From Candidatus Geocrenenecus sp. JGI 0000106-J15 (GTDB taxonomy: Archaea; Thermoproteota; Nitrososphaeria_A; Caldarchaeales; Wolframiiraptoraceae), in assembly GCA_000405685.1 (NCBI GenBank), contig ASPF01000025.1:5347-29346 (forward strand): a DNA stretch of 24,000 nt, given 5' to 3'. The notes under the pieces are model-generated. The model ran no database searches. It was not told the origin of the DNA and saw only the letters and a list, made by a program, of their open reading frames with translations. Position numbers and translations under genes: made by a program. This document shows, in pieces, positions 1 to 9,476 of the stretch; positions within the stretch are counted from its first letter, which is position 1, and every line of letters starts with the position of its first letter.

Positions 1-738
1 ATGCCGACAGGTTTCATGATGGGTGTAATCCTCGTCGGCTTGGCGAGATGCATCGCAATGGTCATTGTATGGAACGAACTTGCAGAGGGTGACAGAGAGC
101 TCGCTGTCGGGCTCGTAGCCTTCAACGCCATCTTCCAGATCCTCTTCTACGCAGTATACATCTATATCTTCATAACGTTGGCCCTAACTAATCTTGGTTT
201 GGCTGAAATTGTAAAAGCTGAAGTTAGCATCGTTGATGCTGCAAAGACAGTCTTCATATACTTGGGCATTCCGTTTATCGGCGGTGTTTTAACGAGATAT
301 GGAAGCTTCAAGCTCAAGGGTAAGGAGTGGTTCGAGAATGTTTTGGAGCCTAAGATAAGCCCGATAACTCCGATCGCATTGCTTTTCACAATTATCGTAA
401 TGTTCTCGCTGAAAGGAGAATACATAGTCGAGCTCCCATACAATGTTTTCCGAGTTGCGATTCCGCTCGCCTTCTACTTCCTCATCATGTGGTTCGTTAC
501 GTTCTTCATAGCCTACAGACTAGGTGTAGATTATCCTAAGACTACGGCAGTCTCCTTTACAGCTGCGAGCAACGACTTCGAGCTGGCAATAGCTGTTGCA
601 ATAGCGATCTGGGGAATTCAGAGCGAACAGGCTTTTGCCACGGTCATTGGTCCGCTCATTGAAGTTCCTGTGCTCATAAGCCTTGTAAACGTCGCTTTGA
701 AGTTGAGAAAGAAGATTTATGGGATAAATTTAGAGTGA
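1..738 (+). CDS. ACR3-family arsenite efflux transporter, C-terminal part (5' end outside window)
   Basis: [34 protein letters not shown] and [22 protein letters not shown]...[19 protein letters not shown] match the ACR3 family pattern; several hydrophobic TM segments. The frame is open from base 1 and the N-terminal TM segments are missing. Confidence 0.9.
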   Translation: MPTGFMMGVILVGLARCIAMVIVWNELAEGDRELAVGLVAFNAIFQILFYAVYIYIFITLALTNLGLAEIVKAEVSIVDAAKTVFIYLGIPFIGGVLTRYGSFKLKGKEWFENVLEPKISPITPIALLFTIIVMFSLKGEYIVELPYNVFRVAIPLAFYFLIMWFVTFFIAYRLGVDYPKTTAVSFTAASNDFELAIAVAIAIWGIQSEQAFATVIGPLIEVPVLISLVNVALKLRKKIYGINLE

Positions 739-742
739 AAAC

Positions 743-1195
743 GTGGAAATAAGGGGTCTTCTGCCCTGCATTACGGAGCCGAGCAAGTACAGAGTGATCA
801 GCAGAATAGATGTGGAGAGTCTTAAAGAAGTTCTCCCATACCTTGCTAGAATTTTGCCGAATGTAAGCTAAACGCAAAGGATGAATGGATCAGCCTCAAG
901 AAGGGGTAGATGATTAGCGCCATCTACAGCGACCGTCTACAGCGACCGCTTCGTAACGATGACAATGGTCAATAACAAGGAGGAAGCATTGGAACCTCTG
1001 AAGGAGATAGAGAACAAAGCTAAAATTGTATGGGAAAAGAAAAACGAGATAGACATAAGTAAAACGTTACAGAAGAGATTTGTAAGCGTAATGGATGTCT
1101 ATAATTATCTTCCAAAGACAAACGAAAAAGTGTGCGGAGAGCAAACTTGCATGGTATTTGCCTTGAAGCTTAGCGCTTCATACTTCTCATTTTAA
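743..1195 (+). pseudogene. Decayed gene for a putative [Fe-S]-domain protein (PCI.xPSKxR N-terminus, LPKTNxxxCGExTCxxFALKL Fe-S motif)
   Basis: Manual three-frame reading: 743-871 gives VEIRGLLPCITEPSKYRVISRIDVESLKEVLPYLARILPNVS*; a second frame gives LNAKDEWISLKKG*MISAIYSDR (about 868-936, TAG at 907-909); a third gives RFVTMTMVNNKEEALEP...VMDVYNYLPKTNEKVCGEQTCMVFALKLS* to 1195. The pieces run collinearly as one protein. Confidence 0.7.
923..948 (+). repeat. Perfect tandem duplication of 13 bp (tctacagcgaccg x2)
   Basis: Read directly: tctacagcgaccg tctacagcgaccg. Removing one copy joins AIYSDR to FVTMTMVNNKEEA in one frame. Confidence 0.95.
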
Positions 1196-1236
1196 AAACT
1201 TAAATTTACTTTATTTAATTCCTATGTTATATCTGG

Positions 1237-2319
1237 TTGAGGTTGACGGAGTATTGGTTTAGGTATGGTGTTACAGAGGTTTTCGTAGATATAAGTGATG
1301 AAGTTAGAGTGGAAAAGCTATCGACAGCATATTCAAATGTAAGATATGATTATAGCGTTATCTCAAAGATATTCGATGAAGTTGCTGAAGAGAAGAATAT
1401 AGCTATAATCTTTGATTATGCTTCTAATAGAGAGGTCGACCTACTGAAGTCTCTGATCGCCGAGTTTGAGGCTAGAGGTGTAAAAAAGGATAAGCTTAAA
1501 CTACTTGCTTCTTCTTGGAGGATTAATTCAAAAATTCTAGAGAAAGAGTTAGGAGAAGTCTTGAAACCTTATAGAGATTGCATAGTTTATCCTTGGAGTG
1601 AAGATAAAATTGAGTATAGTGGAGTAATGGTCTCTAGAAGCATCATAGATTCAGAGATTAGAATCTATGTATCCTCTATTCTTCCTCATGGCATATTAGG
1701 GTACCTATCTATAGGGGATTCTCTCAGACTATCGGGATGGCTTGGTAATGATCTAGTAAAGAATTCTGACTACTGGTTTAAGCTGAGAGATGAATTAAGC
1801 CTCATAGGAGTATGTATTGTGGGTGATAGCATTTATCATGGATACTTGTATGAAGTTGAAGATAAATGTCTCAAGGATGCTGAGAGAAAGCATACTCTAA
1901 AGATCGAAGATGAAGCAGAGATACTTCTCGTAGATGGAGGAGGGTGGCCATGGGATTCAACTCTTGAGAGCAGCCTCCACATAGTTAACCTAGTATCTAG
2001 CGGGGTTAAAGATGGTGGATTGATCGGTTTAATATCTGAATGCAGGGAGGGGCTGGGAAGCAATGTCTTCATAAAATCATTATTTTCGCATAGTTTCGAA
2101 GAAGATAGTTTAGGTGTGAAGGCTTTTAGAAAGGTTGTAGACCTATTAAGTAGGAAGAAGCTTGCTTTTGTAACGACTATTCCGAGAAGCGTCTTGGAGA
2201 AGGCATTTTATTCAAGAGGTTTCGATACAGTTCAAGACTTGTTAACTTATGGCTTTAGAATGTATAGTAAGCAAGCTTTTGTCAGGATAGTTGATGGATT
2301 TACATGGTTGATCAAGTAA
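1237..2319 (+). CDS. Divergent LarA-like (DUF2088/lactate racemase C-terminal-like) protein
   Basis: 360 aa ORF with TTG start. AEILLVDGGGWPWDSTLESSLHIVNLVSSGVKDGGLIGLISECREGLG resembles the LarA C-terminal domain, including its AECREG motif. Confidence 0.6.
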   Translation: MRLTEYWFRYGVTEVFVDISDEVRVEKLSTAYSNVRYDYSVISKIFDEVAEEKNIAIIFDYASNREVDLLKSLIAEFEARGVKKDKLKLLASSWRINSKILEKELGEVLKPYRDCIVYPWSEDKIEYSGVMVSRSIIDSEIRIYVSSILPHGILGYLSIGDSLRLSGWLGNDLVKNSDYWFKLRDELSLIGVCIVGDSIYHGYLYEVEDKCLKDAERKHTLKIEDEAEILLVDGGGWPWDSTLESSLHIVNLVSSGVKDGGLIGLISECREGLGSNVFIKSLFSHSFEEDSLGVKAFRKVVDLLSRKKLAFVTTIPRSVLEKAFYSRGFDTVQDLLTYGFRMYSKQAFVRIVDGFTWLIK

Positions 2320-2356
2320 GTAAGAGCATGTTTCAGAATAATTCTTCTATATTTTA

Positions 2357-3451
2357 TTATAAGAATCTAAGTGGAACAAATGTTAATATCAACATTCCTA
2401 TGACTAGCATTATAGCCGTTCTTCTTCCTTTAGAGAGTGGTGAGATCTGGTCTAGTGGAGCTATGTCAGGCGTTCTAGGCATCAGTAGAAGTATGAGGAT
2501 TGCGAAGAAGAAGTATCCTGTAATAGCTAGTATAGCTACAGAGATATATCCAGCGATTCTATGCTGTCTACTACTTAAGAAGCTTCTAAAAATCCTTCCA
2601 CCATCAAGCTGCCAAGCTGGGAAGAGGTTTAAAGCTGTTACAAGCATTCCAAGCCATGCTGCGAATCCTACCGTTGTGAATAATGGAACCATGTCTGGTC
2701 TACCGAACAACGGACGTGCAAGATAGAAGATTAGAGGAGAAGGTAGGAGTAGCCCGCCTTCTCTCGCAACTTGATCAACTATAATTTCATATTCTGTGGC
2801 TGGTATCCATCTAGCCGTCATAAATGATGTAAAAAGTACTCCTATGCTTACTAGGAATCCTGCTATTGGTCCGCTTACACCTATATCGAACATGTCATCT
2901 CTATTGATTATCGGGCTTTTCTGGAAGATTAATGCGCCGAAGGTCGGGATCATTGTGGGTATCCCAGGGATAAAATATGGTGGGCTTGACTCCATGTAGT
3001 CTATCCTTGCAGATATTTTATGTCCAAGCTCATGTATACCTATTATTGCTATCAAAGCTACTGCGAAGAGTAATCCATCTAGAAATCTATCTATAAATCC
3101 TGTCTTACCTGTTATTATCTCGTAAACAGTTGTAGATGATCTCAAGTATCCATCTATAGATATTGTGCCTAATGTTGCTATGAAGAGTATTAAGGGTAGT
3201 GCTCGGGACCTCGGTATAGGTAGCTCAACTCTAGGTTTTGGAAATACTCTGACTAGTACTCTACCATCTTCTTTCGTTGCTGTAGGAATTAGATCGTATT
3301 GTTTAAGTTCTTTGTAGAGGTTCCTAAACTTTTCTTTTATATCTTCATCATATACTCTGAAGGATAGGATTCCAGCGTCTAGATATACATCTGAAACGGT
3401 AAAGTGTCTTGTAACAATAGATTTAACAAGGTCAATATTATCTACATACAT
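2357..3451 (-). CDS. Site-2 protease family (M50) membrane metallopeptidase
   Basis: HELGH zinc-binding motif in a TM segment, downstream NLFPAWQLDGGRI (LDGG motif), several TM segments. Confidence 0.9.
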   Translation of the reverse strand: MYVDNIDLVKSIVTRHFTVSDVYLDAGILSFRVYDEDIKEKFRNLYKELKQYDLIPTATKEDGRVLVRVFPKPRVELPIPRSRALPLILFIATLGTISIDGYLRSSTTVYEIITGKTGFIDRFLDGLLFAVALIAIIGIHELGHKISARIDYMESSPPYFIPGIPTMIPTFGALIFQKSPIINRDDMFDIGVSGPIAGFLVSIGVLFTSFMTARWIPATEYEIIVDQVAREGGLLLPSPLIFYLARPLFGRPDMVPLFTTVGFAAWLGMLVTALNLFPAWQLDGGRIFRSFLSSRQHRIAGYISVAILAITGYFFFAILILLLMPRTPDIAPLDQISPLSKGRRTAIMLVIGMLILTFVPLRFL

Positions 3452-3956
3452 ATTTATTTCTTCCTTCTGTCTTGGTTACATATGTGCAATCTTTTATTTT
3501 AAACTTTTCTCTAAATACTAGTATTAAGTAACCGCTGAAAACAATTTGAAATACATCTTAAATATAAGTTATTAGAGGTTTACTACTGGAGTTTCATCAA
3601 TTATATTTAAGCGTATAATTTCTTTTTCATCTTCTACTCTTTATCTCATACTTGATCTTCATAAACCTTCAAATCTTAACGTATTCTCTACATTGATTAA
3701 AGAAGCTAGCTTCATGTATGAATTTCTCTAAAAGTAGTCTTCATCTATTCTTCTAGAATGTATTGTTAATGATGCTTGGTTAGCTTATTTATATTATCGC
3801 AGTCTACGTTTTTCAACCAATAAACAATATTTTTTCCAGGTAACTTGTCTAAGAAATTGCATGTAATTAACTTTATTATTAAAGTATGGTTTTGTTCTCT
3901 CGTGTTCATAGTTTAAGGAATATTTAAGAACTAATGCTATACATGTTTTTCTAGAA

Positions 3957-4469
3957 TTGGTGACTTTGGAGGTTAGACCTGATAGGCACTTAATGGTTAG
4001 GGAAGCAATGGAAGAAGACTTATTGGCTGTTATGAATATTAACCGTATATGTCTTCCAGAAAATTATACTTATGGATTCTTTGAGACTGTTCTCCGCTCT
4101 TATCCTAAGAGTTTTCTAGTTGCTGAAGTAGACAAAAATATAGCTGGATACATCATGTGTAGAGTTGAGAGAATATTCTCAAAATTTCAAAGATTTAAGA
4201 TATGTAAAGCTGGACACGTAATCTCCATAGCTGTCTTGCCTGAGTATAGAAGGATGGGTATAGCTTCTCTGCTCATGAAGAATGCTATGAAGGTTTTAAG
4301 AGAAGTCTATGATTGTAGTGAAGTATTTCTTGAAGTAAGAATCTCAAATAATCCAGCTATAACCCTATATGAAAAACTTGGATTTGTCAAGGTTGACCGT
4401 ATTAAACAATACTATATAGATGGAGAAGACGCATACCTCATGGCTAAAGAACTAGCATATTCTAAATAA
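3957..4469 (+). CDS. GNAT N-acetyltransferase, RimI/Ard1-type N-terminal acetyltransferase
   Basis: VISIAVLPEYRRMGIASLLMKNAM acetyl-CoA motif and VFLEVRISNNPAITLYEKLGFVKV; TTG start. Confidence 0.88.
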   Translation: MVTLEVRPDRHLMVREAMEEDLLAVMNINRICLPENYTYGFFETVLRSYPKSFLVAEVDKNIAGYIMCRVERIFSKFQRFKICKAGHVISIAVLPEYRRMGIASLLMKNAMKVLREVYDCSEVFLEVRISNNPAITLYEKLGFVKVDRIKQYYIDGEDAYLMAKELAYSK

Positions 4470-4603
4470 TCTATTAAATTAAACTTCTATGTCTCTGTTT
4501 TTTCTTGGTACATTAACTATATGGTGGATGAAAAGTAATTAGATATTGTTATATGAAGGAAACTATAATAGGATCTTCAGACTGTTCTAGATGGGTATCT
4601 AGG

Positions 4604-4888
4604 TTGCCGTATAAGAGGAAGAATAGGGGTAGGAGGAAGGGAGATAAAGGAAGTGAACCTACTGTTCAATGTGATAATTGTGGAGCATTTGTTCCGAGGA
4701 GTAAGATTCAGAGGGTTACAACTCGTGTCTCACTTGTTAGAGGAGACTTAGCTCGAGAATTGAAGCAGATGGGTGCATATATCGCTGAAAACGTAGTAGT
4801 TAAGAATCTATGTATAAGCTGTGCAGTACATTACGGAGTCTTAAAAGTAAGAGCAAGAGAAGAAAGAAGACCAAGACAGTTTCTATAA
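4604..4888 (+). CDS. rps26e: 30S ribosomal protein S26e
   Basis: PYKRKNRGRRKGDKGSEPTVQCDNCGAFVPRSKIQRVTTR...CISCAVHYGVLKVRAREERRPR is typical of S26e. The ORF track starts at 4553; TTG at 4604 gives the expected compact N-terminus MPYKRKNRGRRKG. Confidence 0.88.
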   Translation: MPYKRKNRGRRKGDKGSEPTVQCDNCGAFVPRSKIQRVTTRVSLVRGDLARELKQMGAYIAENVVVKNLCISCAVHYGVLKVRAREERRPRQFL

Positions 4889-5011
4889 ACCTCTCCCATA
4901 AAGAATTCTACCTGTAATATTGGTTAAAGTAAACTATTTTATGAAGGAATATCTTATGTGTTAACATCAACATTATAATGAACTGAATATATGGTTAGTT
5001 TAGACTAGTGG

Positions 5012-6433
5012 ATGTTTAGAGTTGATGATATCGGTATCCGTCTTCTAAGTTATGGTCCATGTAGTAGAATTAACGGGGTTGAGATAGATCCAGATATATT
5101 AATTGCTCTTGAAGGCTTGGGTACATTTAAAGGTGTAACGATCGAGGAGAGGCTGAATGAGCTTCAAGCTAAGAGTAAGGATCTTAGAGATGTGGCCTCA
5201 AGCATGCATCGAGAATCTACTAGACGGGGACATGCTTCTATTACAACATCCTTGATACTACAGTTTGAAGTAAATCCATGTAGTAGGGCTTCAACACTTC
5301 TACTTGCAGCACAGACATTCGGTTCATATCTACAAGAATCCCAGAGAAGAAGACAAGTAAACAAAGATGAATTCATCATACCTCCAAAGATAAATGATGA
5401 TGAGAAGCTATCAAGTCTATACTATGAAGCAGTTGACTATGTATGGAGATGCTATAAGTCTCTAATTGATAGAGGGACGCCTCTAGAAGATGCACGCTAC
5501 CTACTTCCGATATCCTCTCAAACATCAATATTCGTAACTGGAAGCCTAGAATCGTTCATCTGGCTAATATATTCTTCAGAGAATAGAGATGAGAGATACT
5601 TCCCGATAGAGCTGAAGAAGCTTGGAGAATCAATTAAGAAATTAGCTATGAGTATTTCTCCCCTAATTACTTCTGCCCGCCTCTCTTTCAAGCCTCTACA
5701 CTATGTCTATCCATATCCAGACCTATACAAGACGGAAGACAAGATAATAGAAGAAATAATCAAACGATACCGTGAACCCGACCATCCAATACTGATAGGC
5801 TTCAAAGTAGCTGGAGGTATTGAAGACTTCGTAGAAGAAGCATTAAAGAATCCTGAATACATGAATTCTCTAAACCCATTAATATATGCTTCAACTCTTG
5901 AACCACTCTCAATAGCTGCATATCATCAATCAATAAGACATAGAACTGTACCAACATCTGTTGAATCAATCTATAACGCTATAGAGAGAGCAGGAGGAAG
6001 CATTGAAAAAAATATAATCACTCCACCAACAATAAGATCTAAGGAAGAATCAAGCAAAATATTCAATGAAGCTATCTTTAAACTATTAGAAACTTATTCA
6101 ACTCTAATAAACGAAGATGTACCTCCGTCAGAGGCCATATACTTGTGCCCTCAAGCAGTAAGAATATACACCGTTAGAACCTATAATGCCTTCAACCTAC
6201 TGTGGCCCCAAGGATACATAGGTACAAGGACATGTAGCTATGCTCAATGGGAAGAAAGGATGATAGCTTACAGTATATGGAGGAGTATAGAGAAAGTTTC
6301 ACCGATTATCGGTAGGTTGATGGGAGAGAAGTGTAAACATCTAGGATACTGCCCAGAGAAGAATTGGTGTCAGATAATAAAGAAGTATATTCCAGAATAT
6401 AATGATGAACAACATAAGAAGATGCTGGAGTAG
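5012..6433 (+). CDS. Divergent ThyX-like (flavin-dependent thymidylate synthase superfamily) protein
   Basis: RRGHASITTSLILQFEVNPCSRASTLLLAAQTF, then AAYHQSIRHRTVPTS, then YTVRTYNAFNLLWPQGYIGTRTCSYAQWEERMIAYSIW resemble ThyX motifs in order, at about twice the canonical length. Confidence 0.7.
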   Translation: MFRVDDIGIRLLSYGPCSRINGVEIDPDILIALEGLGTFKGVTIEERLNELQAKSKDLRDVASSMHRESTRRGHASITTSLILQFEVNPCSRASTLLLAAQTFGSYLQESQRRRQVNKDEFIIPPKINDDEKLSSLYYEAVDYVWRCYKSLIDRGTPLEDARYLLPISSQTSIFVTGSLESFIWLIYSSENRDERYFPIELKKLGESIKKLAMSISPLITSARLSFKPLHYVYPYPDLYKTEDKIIEEIIKRYREPDHPILIGFKVAGGIEDFVEEALKNPEYMNSLNPLIYASTLEPLSIAAYHQSIRHRTVPTSVESIYNAIERAGGSIEKNIITPPTIRSKEESSKIFNEAIFKLLETYSTLINEDVPPSEAIYLCPQAVRIYTVRTYNAFNLLWPQGYIGTRTCSYAQWEERMIAYSIWRSIEKVSPIIGRLMGEKCKHLGYCPEKNWCQIIKKYIPEYNDEQHKKMLE

Positions 6434-6462
6434 AATTCTTGAACTAACTAAGAAGAATGAAT

Positions 6463-7260
6463 TTATTCAAGGCTTACAGGCTCAACTACTCTTCCATCGA
6501 TGATTTTTAACGCTCGAGGAACTACACCGTAGAATCTACATGAGAAGACGGTCTTAAGCTTTCCATTAAAGAGTTCTCCGAAACCTTCTGGATAGGGTTC
6601 ATGTGCTCTAACAAGCATCTCAAGATTATTCTTCTCCATAAAATTGTTGAATGCTCTCCACCCGAATATCTTAGCTCCTCCACCTCTCCAGCTTGGTGCG
6701 AACCATTCAACATCCTCGGATGGATCATTCCACAGTAACTGGAAACCAATACCAGTACGCGGATTCAATTCCCCCTTAGATATACTATTTACTTCATCTA
6801 TCTTCTCTAATCCTTCAGCAACCCCACCATGTACAGCGAATATCTTCTTATGGATTAAGGCAGAATAGGGTAACTTAGAGAAGAGCCTAGCAAAACATTC
6901 ATAGAGTTCAGCGTCATATCTATGATATACAAGATCCATGAATCCGTACCATCTATTCATCTCAACTGTCTCATGGTTCCCCCTCAATATTATCAAGTTA
7001 TCTCTCCAGCTAAGCTTAGATTCTAGAAGCTTAACGATATTCTCCATCTGTCCAGGACCTCTATCAACGTAATCTCCTAGAAAGAGTAGTTTAAGCCCTT
7101 CCTTCTCTGCAATCTTTAAAGCATTACTAGTACTCTCCTCATCTCCATGTGTATCTCCAACAACTAGAAAGCTTCCAGAACTTTGGATTATTAACTGGGG
7201 CTCACTCTCAAAGATAGGCTCAACAGACTCAATCAAACTCTCAATCTCAATCCTACTCAT
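6463..7260 (-). CDS. PP1/PP2A-type serine/threonine protein phosphatase (PPP family)
   Basis: GDTHGD, GDYVDRG, LRGNHE and FAVHGGV metallophosphatase motifs. Confidence 0.9.
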   Translation of the reverse strand: MSRIEIESLIESVEPIFESEPQLIIQSSGSFLVVGDTHGDEESTSNALKIAEKEGLKLLFLGDYVDRGPGQMENIVKLLESKLSWRDNLIILRGNHETVEMNRWYGFMDLVYHRYDAELYECFARLFSKLPYSALIHKKIFAVHGGVAEGLEKIDEVNSISKGELNPRTGIGFQLLWNDPSEDVEWFAPSWRGGGAKIFGWRAFNNFMEKNNLEMLVRAHEPYPEGFGELFNGKLKTVFSCRFYGVVPRALKIIDGRVVEPVSLE

Positions 7261-7355
7261 ACACTCTAGAATAGACAGCTCAATCCTATTTAATCAATAT
7301 ATCATAACGTCAAATTTCCGAAAAAATTAATATAATTATTATAGTTATGGATAAC

Positions 7356-8234
7356 CTATTTTTTAAGCACTCTTACGAGGAGGCTGGGTATCTGGGAGGG
7401 TAGTTCAGCTACTTCTACTCCTACTTCTCTGAGTACTTTAATCTTGCTTGCTGCATCTCCTACACCCATAGATATTATTGCTCCTGCATGACCCATCCTC
7501 TTACCTGGTGGAGCAGTCCTACCAGCAACATAAGCTACTACAGGCTTTTCATATCCCTGCTCAACAATATATCTTGCAGCTCTCTCCTCCATATCTCCAC
7601 CTATCTCACCTATCAAGACAACAGCGTCTGTTCCATCATCTTCTCTAAACATCTCTAAAGCATCTATGAACGATGTCCCTGGAACAGGGTCTCCACCTAT
7701 ACCTATAGATGTACTCTGACCTATTCCTGCTTTAGTCATAGCGTACGCTATCTCATATGTAAGGGTACCACTTCTAGAAACTATGCCAACGTGACCTTTA
7801 GAGAATACATGTCCAGGCATGATGCCAACCTTGGATTCTCCAGGAGAAATTACTCCAGGGCAGTTTGGACCAATAATCGTTACACCATTTATTTTAGCAT
7901 ATCTTACAAACTTCATTGTTTCATGTACTGGGATACCTTCAGTAATCACTACGATAAGGTCTAACCCTGCATCTATAGCTTCATAGACTGCGTCTGCCGT
8001 AAATCTTGATGGAACAAAGATTACAGATGTATTCAGTTCTGGATGTCTTCTAACAGCTTCTATAACATTATCATATACTGGTACACCTTCAATAGTTGAT
8101 CCACCTTTACCTGGTGTTACACCTGCAAGAATCTTCGTCCCATAGCTAAGCATAGCTTTTGTATGAAAGCTTCCTTCTCTACCCGTTATCCCTTGAACTA
8201 CAACTCTTGTCTCAGAATCTACAAGCACAGTCAT
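7356..8234 (-). CDS. sucD: Succinate-CoA ligase (ADP/GDP-forming) subunit alpha
   Basis: [65 protein letters not shown] active-site region. Confidence 0.95.
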   Translation of the reverse strand: MTVLVDSETRVVVQGITGREGSFHTKAMLSYGTKILAGVTPGKGGSTIEGVPVYDNVIEAVRRHPELNTSVIFVPSRFTADAVYEAIDAGLDLIVVITEGIPVHETMKFVRYAKINGVTIIGPNCPGVISPGESKVGIMPGHVFSKGHVGIVSRSGTLTYEIAYAMTKAGIGQSTSIGIGGDPVPGTSFIDALEMFREDDGTDAVVLIGEIGGDMEERAARYIVEQGYEKPVVAYVAGRTAPPGKRMGHAGAIISMGVGDAASKIKVLREVGVEVAELPSQIPSLLVRVLKK

Positions 8235-9364
8235 CTTCTCCCACCTAGTTCTACAGCCTTCCTAGCTGCTTCATCCATTTCTTCTAGAACATGTATCTTG
8301 TTTTCTTCAAGTATTCTTCTTCCTTCTTCTTCATTTGTACCTTTAAGTCTTACAACTATCTCCTTGCTTACACCAGTCTTCTTCAATGCTCCAACTATTC
8401 CGTTAGCTACCTCATCGCATCTAGTTATTCCTCCAAGTATGTTGATGAATATTACTTCTGTTTTTGGATGTTGGAGTAGGAGCGTTACAGCTCTTTCGAC
8501 AAGATCTGCTCTTGCGCCTCCACCTATATCTAGAAAGTTTGCAGGTCTTCCTCCTAGAACATAGACTGAATCCATTGTGGCCATAGTCAACCCTGCACCA
8601 TTACATAGTATCCCAATATTTCCATCAAGTTCAACATAGCTGAAATTCATCTTTTTAGCTTCAGCTTCATAGTAGCCTAGATCTCTAGTAAACTCACTGG
8701 AAAACTCTGGATACTTGTATAAAGCATTATCATCAAGTATTATCTTTGCATCTACAGCTTCTAAGCTGCCTTCAGGTGTTATGGCGAGAGGATTTATCTC
8801 AGCAAGCTCGCAACTATAATTCTCGAAGACTCTGTAAAGGTTGATGGTTATTTCTTGAGCTTTCCTAAATGCTTGCTCACTTAATTCGAGAAACCTAGCT
8901 GCCTGTCTTGAATGGTAATCTCTAACACCTATTAGCGGGTCTACAACTATCTTAAGTATCTTTTCAGGCTTTGTACGTGCAAGTTCTTCTATATCAACCC
9001 CGCCTTCAGGTGAAGCCAAGATCACTGGAGCACCAATACTTCTATCAATGATAATGCTCAGGTATAGTTCTCTCTCAATATCTACAGCTTTAGAAACCAT
9101 CGCCTTCCTAACTTTCTCACCTTTAATCTCTGATCCAAGCATCTGCTTTGCATAACTATATGCTTCCTGGGGACTGTCTGCAAGCTTAACTCCTCCAGCC
9201 TTGCCTCGACCTGCAACTAAGACTTGTGCTTTAACTACAACTCTACCACCTATCTCTTCAGCGGCAGATCGAGCCTCCTCAGGAGTAGACACAACCTTAA
9301 ACCTTGGCACAGATATACCGAACTGACTAAAGATATTCTTAGCTTCATATTCATATAACTTCAT
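8231..9364 (-). CDS. sucC: Succinate-CoA ligase subunit beta
   Basis: MKLYEYEAKNIFSQFGI, VVKAQVLVAGRGKAGGVK, AEINPLAITPEG, GNIGILCNGAGL; 4-nt overlap with sucD. Confidence 0.95.
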   Translation of the reverse strand: MKLYEYEAKNIFSQFGISVPRFKVVSTPEEARSAAEEIGGRVVVKAQVLVAGRGKAGGVKLADSPQEAYSYAKQMLGSEIKGEKVRKAMVSKAVDIERELYLSIIIDRSIGAPVILASPEGGVDIEELARTKPEKILKIVVDPLIGVRDYHSRQAARFLELSEQAFRKAQEITINLYRVFENYSCELAEINPLAITPEGSLEAVDAKIILDDNALYKYPEFSSEFTRDLGYYEAEAKKMNFSYVELDGNIGILCNGAGLTMATMDSVYVLGGRPANFLDIGGGARADLVERAVTLLLQHPKTEVIFINILGGITRCDEVANGIVGALKKTGVSKEIVVRLKGTNEEEGRRILEENKIHVLEEMDEAARKAVELGGRR

Positions 9365-9476
9365 GGTGTCTATATAGTATGAACTACATAATGAATTTTA
9401 TGCAATCTATCCTAGCCAACGTCGGTAGTTGGCGGGATGAATGAAGCTGGCCAGCATTTAACCGTTGAGGGTTTTC

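Noticed and set aside
674-877. 67-aa minus-strand ORF opposite the end of ACR3 and the Fe-S pseudogene
   Set aside because: The opposite strand reads as ACR3 and a recognisable Fe-S protein N-terminus; the antisense translation has no family-like features.
1836-3000. Several 67-140 aa ORFs antisense to the LarA-like and M50 genes (1836-2072, 2304-2726, 2796-2999)
   Set aside because: Low-complexity Ser/Leu/Pro-type translations fully covered by strong ORFs on the other strand.
3452-3956. About 500-bp AT-rich gap between divergent M50 and acetyltransferase genes, with short open stretches on the reverse strand (for example RIDEDYF*RNSYMKLASLINVENTLRFEGL*)
   Set aside because: I looked for a decayed small gene but found no confident family match; it could simply hold two promoters or an unrecognised RNA.
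8163-8564. 133-aa plus-strand ORF antisense to sucC/sucD, and similar shadows at 9520, 10298, 11907, 12810, 14961, 18415 and 18866
   Set aside because: All lie opposite well-supported coding sequence and read as shadow ORFs.
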